The translations under genes were made by a program, and so were the position numbers. 64,000 nucleotides of DNA, taken from positions 19,276 to 83,275 of the forward strand of contig DAOTVY010000015.1 in NCBI GenBank assembly GCA_034436115.1. The letters run 5' to 3'. The DNA is from Chloroflexia bacterium. Lineage in GTDB: Bacteria > Chloroflexota > Chloroflexia > DTKN01. A model generated the notes under the pieces. That model ran no database searches. It saw nothing but the letters and a program-made list of their open reading frames with translations, and was not told the DNA's origin. Below, piece after piece: positions 17,650-26,625 of the stretch (positions are counted from its first letter, which is position 1; each line of letters starts with the position of its first letter).

Positions 17650-17696
17650 GGCGCCCCGTACGGGGGCCTTCCCGGCTGCGGCGACCGACGGGCCAT

Positions 17697-17725
17697 TTGC
17701 AGCGCTTCTCTCGATATGCTATACT
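17697..17725 (+). promoter_or_regulatory. Promoter of the glmS operon
   Basis: TTGCAG-17-TATACT with extended TG, about 45 nt before the ATG. Confidence 0.7.
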
Positions 17726-17774
17726 GGTGTTTGGTGCAGCTTAGCCTGCGCCACGCCCTTTTCGGGAGTTCAGC

Positions 17775-19619
17775 ATGTGCGGAATCGTCGGCTACGTGGG
17801 GCACCGACGGGCACTGCCCATCTTGCTCAGGAACTTGAACCTCCTGACCTACCGCGGGTACGACTCCGCCGGGATTTCGATTGCTTACGATAACCGGCTC
17901 TACATCGCCAAGACAGCCGGAAAGGTCAGCGATCTGGAAGCGCTCATCGGAGATACACCGGTCGAAGGTTCGATCGGGATCGGGCATACCCGCTGGGCTA
18001 CCCACGGTGCCCCGAGCCAGCGAAACGCCCACCCCCATACCGACTGCCGGGGAGAGATCTCCCTGGTGCACAATGGCATCATCGAGAACTACTACGCGTT
18101 GCGTGAGGAGCTCTCCGCGCGAGGACACACGTTCGTATCGGAAACGGACACGGAAGTTCTGGCCCACCTGATCGAGGAGTATTACGACGGTGACCTCACG
18201 GCCGCGGTGCGCCAGGCCATGCAGCGGGTTCGGGGCGCGCTGGCGATCGCGGTCATCAGCCGCCTTGAGGAAGACAAGATCGTCGCGGCCAAGCTAGATA
18301 CACCTCCCCTGATCATCGGCCTGGGGCGCGGCGAGAACTTTGTGGCCTCGGATATCCCTTGCCTGCTAGCGGACACGAACAAAGTGTACATCCTGGAGGA
18401 TGGCGAGATCGCCGAGGTGACCGCGGAAAACGTGCGCATCACCTCGTTCCTGGAGCGGCCCAAGCCCCGGGTATACGAGCGCCAGGTCACGGTGATCGAG
18501 TGGACCGCCGACATGGCGGAAAAGGGCGGCTATCCGCACTTCATGCTCAAAGAGATCCACGAACAACCGGCCACCATCCGCGATACCCTTCGCGGCCGGC
18601 TGGATCGCGAAAAACGCCGTGTACTGTTAGAAGGCTTTCCCCTTTCCCCGCGTCAGATCCAGCAGGCCCAACGGCTCACCATGGTGGCCTGTGGCACCGC
18701 ATACCACGCGGCCCTGGTGGGAAAGTACCTCTTTGAGGAACACCTGCGCATCCCCACCGAGGTGGACATCGGATCGGAATACCGTTACCGCCACCCGATC
18801 GTGCATCCAGGCGATATCGTGATCGCGATCAGCCAGTCGGGAGAGACCGCCGATACGATCGCCAGCGCGCGGGAGGCGCAGGCACAGGGCGCGACGGTCG
18901 TTGCTATCACCAACGTGGTGGGCAGTACCATCTCGCGGCTGGCGGACGCGACGCTCTATACGAGGGCCGGCCCCGAGATCGCCGTGGCTTCTACCAAGGC
19001 CTTCGTCGGCCAGCTGATCGCCCTCTACCTGCTTCTGCTCTACTTTGCCCAGTTCCGGTTGCCCCGCTGGACCCACGCGTTGGAAGAGATCTTCGAGGGC
19101 CTGCCGGATCTCGCGGCCAAGGCGCAGTGGCTCCTGGACGATGTCTCGGCCATCCAGGAGCTGGCGCGCGACATCAGCCGGGCGAGCGCCTGCTTCTTCC
19201 TGGGGCGGCATCTGGACGAGCCGATCGCCCGCGAGGGCTCTCTGAAGCTGAAGGAAATCTCCTACATCCACTCCCAGGGCTACGCAGCGGGCGAGCTGAA
19301 ACATGGTACCCTGGCATTGATGGAGCCGAACACTCCCGTGATCGCGTTGGCCACCCAATCCGCCCTCCGAGAAAAGATGCTCAACAACATCCAGGAAGTC
19401 CTGGCCCGTGGGGCACCGGTGATCCCGGTGGTACCCGAAGGCACCGACGAAGTCCGAGCACTCAGCGGGATGCGCATCGAGATCCCGCGCACCTGCGACG
19501 CCCTGGCGCCGGTGCTGGCCGTCATCCCGCTACAGCTGCTGGCCTACTACTGTGGGGTCGAAAGGGGATGCGATATCGATCAGCCCCGCAACCTGGCCAA
19601 GAGCGTAACCGTGGAGTAG
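17775..19619 (+). CDS. glmS: Glutamine--fructose-6-phosphate aminotransferase
   Basis: MCGIVG start, YRGYDSAG, IGHTRWATHG, HNGIIENY, ISQSGETADT, GELKHG, C-terminal PRNLAKSVTVE. Confidence 0.99.
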   Translation: MCGIVGYVGHRRALPILLRNLNLLTYRGYDSAGISIAYDNRLYIAKTAGKVSDLEALIGDTPVEGSIGIGHTRWATHGAPSQRNAHPHTDCRGEISLVHNGIIENYYALREELSARGHTFVSETDTEVLAHLIEEYYDGDLTAAVRQAMQRVRGALAIAVISRLEEDKIVAAKLDTPPLIIGLGRGENFVASDIPCLLADTNKVYILEDGEIAEVTAENVRITSFLERPKPRVYERQVTVIEWTADMAEKGGYPHFMLKEIHEQPATIRDTLRGRLDREKRRVLLEGFPLSPRQIQQAQRLTMVACGTAYHAALVGKYLFEEHLRIPTEVDIGSEYRYRHPIVHPGDIVIAISQSGETADTIASAREAQAQGATVVAITNVVGSTISRLADATLYTRAGPEIAVASTKAFVGQLIALYLLLLYFAQFRLPRWTHALEEIFEGLPDLAAKAQWLLDDVSAIQELARDISRASACFFLGRHLDEPIAREGSLKLKEISYIHSQGYAAGELKHGTLALMEPNTPVIALATQSALREKMLNNIQEVLARGAPVIPVVPEGTDEVRALSGMRIEIPRTCDALAPVLAVIPLQLLAYYCGVERGCDIDQPRNLAKSVTVE

Positions 19620-19623
19620 CACG

Positions 19624-20877
19624 ATGGGCTTCTGGAGATGGTTCGTCCCGGGTATGCACGTCAAGCGGTGGCTGGCGTGCCTCTTCCTGGGCATCCTGTG
19701 CCTCGCTTTGGGCGTGGCGTATATGCTGGTCCACTTGTACCGCACCGAGGCGTTCCCCGCGTGGACATACTATCTCACCCTCCAGTTTATCCCGCGGCTG
19801 TGGAGGGGCGCCCTGTTTCTGGCCGTCGGGTGTGTGCTGATCCTGATCGCGCTGCGCCAGCTCGCCCGCACACTGCTGCAGGCGCTGGCACCGGAGCCCC
19901 AAGAGAGCCTGGCCGAGCTCGTCTACCGCTACCAGCGAAGCGAACGGGGCAAGCGCGTCCTCGTCATCGGGGGCAGCACGGGCACGGTGTTGCTCCTCCG
20001 CGCCCTCCGGCGCCAGGGCCGCGATCTGAATGTCCAGGTGGTGACGACGGGCCTCGAGAGCAGCCGGGTCTTTTCCCGAATCGAGGAGGAGCTGCGCCTG
20101 TCCGGAGGGCGCGTGCTCTTCCCCACGCGGGAAGACGTCGCCGTTTATGCCGAACTGGAGGATGGCACGCTGGTCAGCGGCGTGGACGCGGTGGGCGCCC
20201 CCGGGAAGCCGGCCGCCATCCGCAGGGTATTTCTCGGGCGCAAGATCAAGGAGAGCGGGGTCCTCGGGGACGGCTTTCGGAACCTCGTGCTTCAGTCTCA
20301 AAGTGGGCTGGAGCCCTCTGCAGAAGTCCTGGACGCCATCGCTCGGGCCGAGTTGATCATCTTCGGGCCGGCCAGCCTCTATACCGGTATCCTTCCTTGC
20401 CTGACGCCACCGGTGGCCGAAGCAATCCGTCGTAGCCGGGCGGCCAAACTCTTCCTCTGCAACTTGATGACGGAGCCGGGCCAGACGGAGGGCTATTCGC
20501 TCTCCCGCCATCTCCGCGCCCTGTACGAGCACGGACAGATCGTGCCCGACTTTGTCCTGGTCAATAACGGGCCAATCACGGAGCGGGTGCTCGCCCGCTA
20601 CCGGGAAGATCGAGCCGAACCGGTGATGTACGATCCGACCGTTGACCACCCTTCCTCCAGCCTGTCCTTTAACGGGAACGCCGAAACGCTCCTGGTGGAA
20701 GGCGCCATCCTGCTCCAACGGGACCTGGTTGCCGAGATCCGCGACGACATCCCGGTCGAGGTGGACGGACGGGTCGAGTACCGCAGCATGGTGGTCATCC
20801 GGCACGACGACGAGAAGCTCGCTCGGGCCATTTCGGAACTGTTTGTCCGCCAGCTGGCGTGGGGGTATTCGGCCTGA
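19624..20877 (+). CDS. YvcK/GlmR (CofD-like) family protein with N-terminal TM helices, internally shortened
   Basis: WFVPGMHVKRWL and two TM helices; VLVIGGSTG, AELEDGT, LIIFGPASLYTGILP, CNLMTEPGQT, RHDDEKLA; the usual DDGGSSG...GHSFGN segment is missing. Confidence 0.8.
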   Translation: MGFWRWFVPGMHVKRWLACLFLGILCLALGVAYMLVHLYRTEAFPAWTYYLTLQFIPRLWRGALFLAVGCVLILIALRQLARTLLQALAPEPQESLAELVYRYQRSERGKRVLVIGGSTGTVLLLRALRRQGRDLNVQVVTTGLESSRVFSRIEEELRLSGGRVLFPTREDVAVYAELEDGTLVSGVDAVGAPGKPAAIRRVFLGRKIKESGVLGDGFRNLVLQSQSGLEPSAEVLDAIARAELIIFGPASLYTGILPCLTPPVAEAIRRSRAAKLFLCNLMTEPGQTEGYSLSRHLRALYEHGQIVPDFVLVNNGPITERVLARYREDRAEPVMYDPTVDHPSSSLSFNGNAETLLVEGAILLQRDLVAEIRDDIPVEVDGRVEYRSMVVIRHDDEKLARAISELFVRQLAWGYSA

Positions 20878-20888
20878 GGAGACCAGCG

Positions 20889-21452
20889 ATGGAAAAGATC
20901 GCCCTGTTCCGGCGCCTGGTGAAGTTGAACGATGGACAGAACGTCCTCCTGCGGCCGCTCGTTGCCGAGGATCGGGAGAACCTGGTCGCGCTGTTCCGCA
21001 CCGCCTCCGACGAGGACCGGCGCTTTCTGAGGCACGACGTCCACGACGCCGAGCTGGTCCGCTCCTGGGTCGACGGCCTGGACTACAACCGCGTGTTGCC
21101 CCTCGTTGCCGAGGCCGGGGGTAGGCTGGTCGGCGAGGCCACGCTCCACTTTGGCCGCCGCTCGACCCGGCACATCGGAGAGGTGCGGATCTACCTCGAG
21201 CCGGCCTACCGGGGGAAAGGGCTGGGCTCTCAAATGCTGAAGGAGCTGATCGGGTTAGCACGGCAGAGCGGTTTGCTCTACCTGCTGGCCCAGGTCGTCC
21301 TGGATCAGACCGACGTTATCCGGGCTTTCCAGAACCTGGGGTTCCGGATGGAAGCGTCGATCCGCGACTACTTTATGACCGAAGACGGTCGTACACACAA
21401 TGTCGTACTGCTGATGCTCCCCCTTCAGCAGGAAGCGCGCTACGAGTTCTAG
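20889..21452 (+). CDS. GNAT family N-acetyltransferase
   Basis: VLLRPL, GRLVGEA, YLEPAYRGKGLGSQML, FQNLGFRME; ATG 20889 behind GAGGAG. Confidence 0.88.
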   Translation: MEKIALFRRLVKLNDGQNVLLRPLVAEDRENLVALFRTASDEDRRFLRHDVHDAELVRSWVDGLDYNRVLPLVAEAGGRLVGEATLHFGRRSTRHIGEVRIYLEPAYRGKGLGSQMLKELIGLARQSGLLYLLAQVVLDQTDVIRAFQNLGFRMEASIRDYFMTEDGRTHNVVLLMLPLQQEARYEF

Positions 21453-22087
21453 CCCAAGGCGGCTTGCCCTGGCGCTCGATTCGCCGTCTCCAATCGCCGC
21501 AGGGCCTTCTTCCAGGCTTCCCGGACCTGCCTGCGTACGTCGTTCAGGGTCCCGGCGTTTTCGATCACCATATCGGCTCTCCGAGCCTTTTCCCATTGCG
21601 GCGGTTGCGCCCGGATCCGCCGCCAGGCCTGCTCCACCGTCAGGCCCCGGTATTCCACCAGGCGCCGGAGCTGCTCCTCTTCGGGGCAGGTCACGACCCA
21701 CACCTCATCGCACCAGTCGGCAATCCCTGCCTCGAAGAGCTTGATGGCGTCGATCACGGCCACACGTGCGGTCACCCCCTGGAGCCAGGCGCGCAGCCGC
21801 TCCAGCACGGCTGGATGGACGATCGCCTCCAGGCGCGCCAGGGCCACCGGATCGGCAAAGACGATTTCCCCCAGCACCCTCCGGTCGATCGCGCCGTCCG
21901 GCGTGAGCACCTGCGGGCCAAACGCCTCCACCACCGCGGCGTGAACCGGGGTTCCGGGGCACATGGCCTCGTGGGCAACCGCATCCGCATCCAGCACCGC
22001 CGCCCCCAGCCGACGCAGCTCACGCAAGACGGTGCTCTTGCCACAGGCGATGTTCCCCGTAAGGCCGATCAGATAGGGTCGCCGCAC
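21449..22087 (-). CDS. coaE: Dephospho-CoA kinase
   Basis: IGLTGNIACGKSTV, DADAVAH, IDRRVLGEIVF, LEAIVHP, DAIKLFE, RIRAQ; GTG start at 22087. Confidence 0.95.
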   Translation of the reverse strand: MRRPYLIGLTGNIACGKSTVLRELRRLGAAVLDADAVAHEAMCPGTPVHAAVVEAFGPQVLTPDGAIDRRVLGEIVFADPVALARLEAIVHPAVLERLRAWLQGVTARVAVIDAIKLFEAGIADWCDEVWVVTCPEEEQLRRLVEYRGLTVEQAWRRIRAQPPQWEKARRADMVIENAGTLNDVRRQVREAWKKALRRLETANRAPGQAALG

Positions 22088-22104
22088 CCTCTCCTCCACG
22101 CCGA

Positions 22105-23703
22105 TCAGGGGGAACCCCGGTCTGGCACATCGTGCACCCACGGGAGCAGGTGACCATCCCAGACCGAAAGAAGGCTCTGCAGAACCTCCGGATGGGTCAG
22201 CCAGGGGTTCACCACAACCTCCATCCCTCCGTTCCTTCGTCCCGCAAGGGCACAATAAGGGCCGTCGCTCCAGAACGTCGCCACATGGCCGCCGTAGGAG
22301 TGGCCCACCGCGACCGACTCTTCGGGCACCGGCCAGGTCAACGGGAGCGAAAGCAGTTCATCCAGGCGAGGATCGGGCTCCTTCAGGCTCAGGTAGAGCG
22401 TATAGGATCCCTCGAGCTGCGCGTTCGGGAGGACCCAAAACGGCCTGCCCGTGTCGTCGATCCGCTCTTCGGGCTGGGAAAAGATCCGCTCGAGTTCCGG
22501 AACGTCATACTCGTACAAAGCCCGTGCCAACCCTGCGACCACATCGGCCACAGTCACCTCGCGCACCCGCTGCACCGCCAGCGTCCCCGGGTCGCAGCGC
22601 ACCCAGAAGACCCCAGGGCGGATGCGGATCGTGTGCTGCCGCCCACCCTCGGAGACCTCCCAGGACTCCACCAGCACGGGAACGGCTGGACCTCCCTGGG
22701 GCGCGCGCATCCAAAGTCCCAGGAACAGTACCTGCTGGAGGGCGGGCAAATGCCCCAATCCAGCTGGATCGAACCCTAACCCCGCATTCGTCTCCGCCGC
22801 GATCACCCAGACGGGGATCGCCGCAGGCCAGGCCGTCCGCCGTTCCTCTTGGGCCGGCTGCAAGTCGGCCGGGAGCAGCGGGTTCCGGAGGAGCTCCGGG
22901 CCTCGCTGAGGATGCCAATCGCTCAGGCAATAAGGGCCGTTTCCCCAGATCGTGCCGGGCTCGGTCCACTGCTCGCCCTCCCGCTCCACCAGTTCGCGCG
23001 GCAGCGGCCAGGCCACCGGGTCGGCCAGCCGAGCGGGCAGGTCGGGCAACGGCGCCCGGAGCGTGAAGCGCACGGTGAAGGCATTCACCGCCTCGACGCC
23101 GAAGGGCACCGTAGCCTCCCCGCGGCGCCGCTCCGGCGCACCGACGATCGGATCCAGAAGGGAAGCGTTCGGGGCCGCGATCTCGGGGCGAAGCGCCCGT
23201 TCGATGGCAAAGACGACGTCATCCGCTGTCACCAGACGTACAGGCTGCACCGCGCCCGTGCCGGGATCGCACCGCACCCAGAAAACATCGCCCCGCAGGT
23301 AGAAGGTGTAGACGCGCCCTCCATCGGACACTTCCCACGAGTCGGCCAAAACGGGGACCGCTCCACTGGCCTCATCCGGGGCGCTGTGCGTCAGTCCCAA
23401 GAAGAGCGCCTGGAGCAACGTGGGGTCCCCGGCATGGCAGGCAGGATCGAGCGAGGCCTCCGCCGCGGGCGATTGCGGGAGGTACCAGCGAAGGGAGCTG
23501 CTCCCAACCTGTGTCGGAGGGATCGTCACGCCGAAGGAAGGGACCGCACGCGTCCCCTGAGGGCGGCGCACCCTTTCCGCCCGTCCCCTCCCCGTGATCC
23601 AGGCCGCGTATAGCGCCACGACGACCACCACCAAAGTGCCGACAAAAGCCAAGGTCTGCCCAATCCGCTCTCGGCGTTCCCGGTCCGTCTGGGGCTCCCT
23701 CAA
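22105..23703 (-). CDS. Membrane-anchored protein with two tandem copies of the N-terminal half of a family-5 (OppA/DppA) solute-binding domain
   Basis: N-terminal TM; copy 1 LFLGL...VPVLADSWEVSDGGRVYTFYLRGDVFWVRCDPGT...NGPY; copy 2 LFLGL...VPVLVESWEVSEGGRQHTIRIRPGVFWVRCDPGT...DGPY. TTG 23703 overlaps the upstream TGA. Confidence 0.75.
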   Translation of the reverse strand: MREPQTDRERRERIGQTLAFVGTLVVVVVALYAAWITGRGRAERVRRPQGTRAVPSFGVTIPPTQVGSSSLRWYLPQSPAAEASLDPACHAGDPTLLQALFLGLTHSAPDEASGAVPVLADSWEVSDGGRVYTFYLRGDVFWVRCDPGTGAVQPVRLVTADDVVFAIERALRPEIAAPNASLLDPIVGAPERRRGEATVPFGVEAVNAFTVRFTLRAPLPDLPARLADPVAWPLPRELVEREGEQWTEPGTIWGNGPYCLSDWHPQRGPELLRNPLLPADLQPAQEERRTAWPAAIPVWVIAAETNAGLGFDPAGLGHLPALQQVLFLGLWMRAPQGGPAVPVLVESWEVSEGGRQHTIRIRPGVFWVRCDPGTLAVQRVREVTVADVVAGLARALYEYDVPELERIFSQPEERIDDTGRPFWVLPNAQLEGSYTLYLSLKEPDPRLDELLSLPLTWPVPEESVAVGHSYGGHVATFWSDGPYCALAGRRNGGMEVVVNPWLTHPEVLQSLLSVWDGHLLPWVHDVPDRGSP

Positions 23704-24794
23704 TTTCCTTCCTCCAATCGGACCATCACCTCTTCTCCGAAGCCCAGCTGGCGAAGCAATTCGTTCCACGCCGCCGCAGGGATCGAGCCGCCGGAAGCCT
23801 GGTCGTGGCCGTAGCCGAAGTATCCCTCCGCGAGATCCAGGTCGATCGTGCGGAAGAAATCAAGCAAGTTGAACCGCTCGGAGGAACGGGCGCTGAAGGT
23901 CACCCAGCCGGGGATATACCCCTCGTTGGCCACGATCACGATGTACCGGGGCAACCGGGTACGCCAGACTTGCGCTACGAGGGGATGGATCAGGCATGCG
24001 CTCTTGACCCGCACCAGGGCAACATCCCCGCTGAAGACGGGAGCTGCTCGTTTCCCCTCCTCAAACGCCGCGTTCACTTCGCGGCGATAGGCCCAAAGGC
24101 GCGCCCCCTCTTCCCGATCGGCGTCGGCCACCTCCCGCGGATGGGAAGCCTTCAAGAGGGCCTGAAGCGCGGTCGCCGTGTCGTGGGCCGCAGCGCGGCG
24201 GGCGGCGTTCACCAGGGTGGTTGCTTCCCGCAGCCACTTCGCGGTATAGCGTTGCTTCACCTGAGGAAGGAGGGCGAATGGGGCACTGTCCCCCAGGTCG
24301 CTCAGCGTGCCCATGGCGGCCATCCAGTCGAGGTCCTCGACCGGTGCCACGGTCGAGGCGACCCACCAGACAAGCAAGGAGGAGTTCGGAGTCGGCTGCC
24401 AGCCGTAACTGCTGATCAGGATGCCATCCTCTGGGATCCCAAGGGGACGGTGGTGGTCGATGAAGAGCGTCGGGACGCCCGGCAGCACCGGCTCGGCCTT
24501 GCATCCCAGGTCTACGACCAAGAGCGCGCGCGGCTGGCGTGCTTCGAGCTCCTGGCGTGTTCCCCGGGTGTAGGCGTGCTCCCCCTTGCCCGTGATCAAC
24601 AGATCCACGGGCAGACCCGCCCGTTGCAGCGCCAGGTAGAGGATCGCCCCCGCGCAGATGCCGTCGGCGTCACTGTGAGAGAGAATCAGCGTGCCCGGCT
24701 CGCGCGGTAGGGTGCCCACGAACGCTCGCACTGTATGCCGCGCGGCCTCCAAAGCCGGGAAATGGCGCTCCTCGTAGAGCGATTCCTCTGGCAC
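23700..24794 (-). CDS. DHH/DHHA1 family phosphoesterase (RecJ-like catalytic core)
   Basis: HSDADGICA, LVVDLG, FIDHH, GTLSD, TFSARS, GYGHDQASGG. Confidence 0.88.
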   Translation of the reverse strand: MPEESLYEERHFPALEAARHTVRAFVGTLPREPGTLILSHSDADGICAGAILYLALQRAGLPVDLLITGKGEHAYTRGTRQELEARQPRALLVVDLGCKAEPVLPGVPTLFIDHHRPLGIPEDGILISSYGWQPTPNSSLLVWWVASTVAPVEDLDWMAAMGTLSDLGDSAPFALLPQVKQRYTAKWLREATTLVNAARRAAAHDTATALQALLKASHPREVADADREEGARLWAYRREVNAAFEEGKRAAPVFSGDVALVRVKSACLIHPLVAQVWRTRLPRYIVIVANEGYIPGWVTFSARSSERFNLLDFFRTIDLDLAEGYFGYGHDQASGGSIPAAAWNELLRQLGFGEEVMVRLEEGN

Positions 24795-24851
24795 GGTTTG
24801 CCTCCTCCGTTCGATGGGCGTGCCGAAGATGTCCGTAGGGGGGCCACAGCG

Positions 24852-26237
24852 CTACGGTGAACCTCCTTCTTCCGGAGGTTCCGCCATGCCCTGGGCCTCT
24901 TCTTCGAGCCGGCGCCGGATCTCCTCCATCCGCTGGCGGATGATCCGCTCGTAGCCCTGATCCCCCGGCTGGAACCAGCCTCCCTCTACCCCCTCGGGCA
25001 GGTACCGCTGGGCGACCCAGTGGTCGGGGAAGGCGTGTGGATAGCGGTAATCGCGCCCGTGGCCCAGGGCAGCCCCATCCCGGCTGGCATCCCGCAGGTA
25101 CAAGGGGACAGGACGCGCGCCGTGCTGTTCGATTTCCGCCAGCGCTTTCCAGTAGGCCCCAACGCTGTTCGCCTTGGGAGCGGTTGCCAGGTAGAGCGTG
25201 GCCTCGGCCAGGTGGTACTGGGCTTCCGGGAGGCCGCACCATTCCAGCGCCCGGGCGCAGGCCGCGGTGACCACGATCGCCTGCGGATCGGCCAGGCCGA
25301 TGTCCTCGGCGGCCAAGATGAGCAGGCGCCGCATGATGAACTTTGGATCTTCGCCCGCATAGAGCATCTTGGCCAGCCAGTAGAGGGCAGCATCGGGGTC
25401 GGACCCACGAACACTCTTGATGAACGCCGAGATCGTATCGTAATGCTCGTCCCCGGCGCGGTCGTAGCGCAGTGCCCGGCGCTGGATCGAATCCTGGGCG
25501 ATCTCCAGGTCGATACGGATGATGCCCTGTTCGTCTGGTGCTGTAGACTCTACAGCCAGCTCCAGAGCATTCAGGGCGGTGCGGGCATCTCCCCCAGCGA
25601 CGCGGGCCAGATGCCACAGGGCCTCCTCGGTCACCTCGATCGGCCGGCCGCCGTACCCCCGTTCCGGGTCGGCAAGCGCCCGCCGAAGCAGGCCCACGAT
25701 CTCCTCGTCCGTCAGCGGTCGGAGTTGGAAAATCCGCGAACGGGAGACGAGGGGGCCAATCACCTCGAAGTAGGGGTTTTCGGTGGTGGAACCGATCAGG
25801 ATGATGGTGCCGTCCTCGACGTGCGGAAGCAGGGCGTCTTGCTGGGCCTTGTTCCAGCGGTGAATCTCGTCGATCAGGACGATCGTACGCTGGCCGTAGA
25901 GGAGCCGTCGCTCGCGAGCAGCGGCGACCAGGTTGCGCAGGTCGGCTACTCCCGCCAGCACGGCGCTGATGGTCTCGAAGTGGGAGCGCGTGCGGTTGGC
26001 GATGATGTAAGCAAGGGTGGTCTTCCCGGTACCCGGAGGGCCCCAGAGGATGATCGAAGAAAAGAGGCGATCGGTCTCAATAGCACGTCGGAGCAGCTTG
26101 CCTGGCCCGATGATGTGCTCTTGTCCAACGAACTCCTCCAGGTCACGCGGCCGCATTCGCGCGGCCAGCGGGGCCTCGCGTCCCAGTTGCTCTTTCCGGC
26201 CGGCGGCGAAGAGGTCCACAACCTGCCTCCGCGGCAT
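24852..26237 (-). CDS. rarA: Replication-associated recombination protein A (RarA/MgsA)
   Basis: APLAARMRPRDLEEFVGQEH, Walker A WGPPGTGKTT, IDEIHRWNKAQQD, STTENPYF, HYDTISAFIKSVRGSDPDAALYWL, EDIGLAD. Confidence 0.97.
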   Translation of the reverse strand: MPRRQVVDLFAAGRKEQLGREAPLAARMRPRDLEEFVGQEHIIGPGKLLRRAIETDRLFSSIILWGPPGTGKTTLAYIIANRTRSHFETISAVLAGVADLRNLVAAARERRLLYGQRTIVLIDEIHRWNKAQQDALLPHVEDGTIILIGSTTENPYFEVIGPLVSRSRIFQLRPLTDEEIVGLLRRALADPERGYGGRPIEVTEEALWHLARVAGGDARTALNALELAVESTAPDEQGIIRIDLEIAQDSIQRRALRYDRAGDEHYDTISAFIKSVRGSDPDAALYWLAKMLYAGEDPKFIMRRLLILAAEDIGLADPQAIVVTAACARALEWCGLPEAQYHLAEATLYLATAPKANSVGAYWKALAEIEQHGARPVPLYLRDASRDGAALGHGRDYRYPHAFPDHWVAQRYLPEGVEGGWFQPGDQGYERIIRQRMEEIRRRLEEEAQGMAEPPEEGGSP

Positions 26238-26442
26238 CGCCCGATCGGATCGCGGGTCGCGCTGGGCTAAGAGGGTCCTCAGGCCTTGCTCCTTTCATCC
26301 TTACAACGGTTATCCTGGAGCAAGACCTCACCCCGTTGCTTCAGAAAGTGTTGGGCTTTCCGCGGGCGATGTTTCGTCCAAAATCGTTACCCGATGATCG
26401 CCCAATCCACGCCAGCGTCTCGAAGGAGATCCTGCCCTTGCC

Positions 26443-26591
26443 AAAAAAACCGCTTCCGAAAGCACGGGCATCCCATGTCACCCGACCAAAGGGCCAACAC
26501 GATGCGCCACCCGAGAGACGAGCGCAGAAGCTAAAGATCGACGGGCGGACGCAGCAGCGCATAGTTGCTCATACCTGTAACGGTCACCCAC
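26443..26591 (-). ncRNA. Candidate structured small RNA or leader upstream of rarA (identity unresolved)
   Basis: Begins just after a strong promoter; nested stems (ATGCGCTGCT/GGTGGCGCAT, CAAC/GTTG, GACC/GGTC); ends in GCTT-TCGG-AAGC plus a T7 tract. Confidence 0.35.
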
Positions 26592-26596
26592 TATCC

Positions 26597-26625
26597 ATTT
26601 TATCACGCGCGAAACAGCGGGTCAA
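26597..26625 (-). promoter_or_regulatory. Strong sigma70-type promoter about 360 bp upstream of rarA
   Basis: TTGACC-17-TAAAAT with extended TG. Confidence 0.75.

Noticed and set aside
17726-17774. glmS ribozyme upstream of glmS
   Set aside because: The promoter leaves only about 45 nt of leader, far too short, and no ribozyme core is visible.
26371-26379. Hammerhead ribozyme core (GGACGAAAC)
   Set aside because: The required CTGANGA half of the core is absent.
26520-26575. tmRNA, suggested by the NYAL in peptide MSNYALLRPPVDL
   Set aside because: No tRNA-like GGGG 5' end, T arm or CCA 3' end, and the peptide does not end in ALAA.
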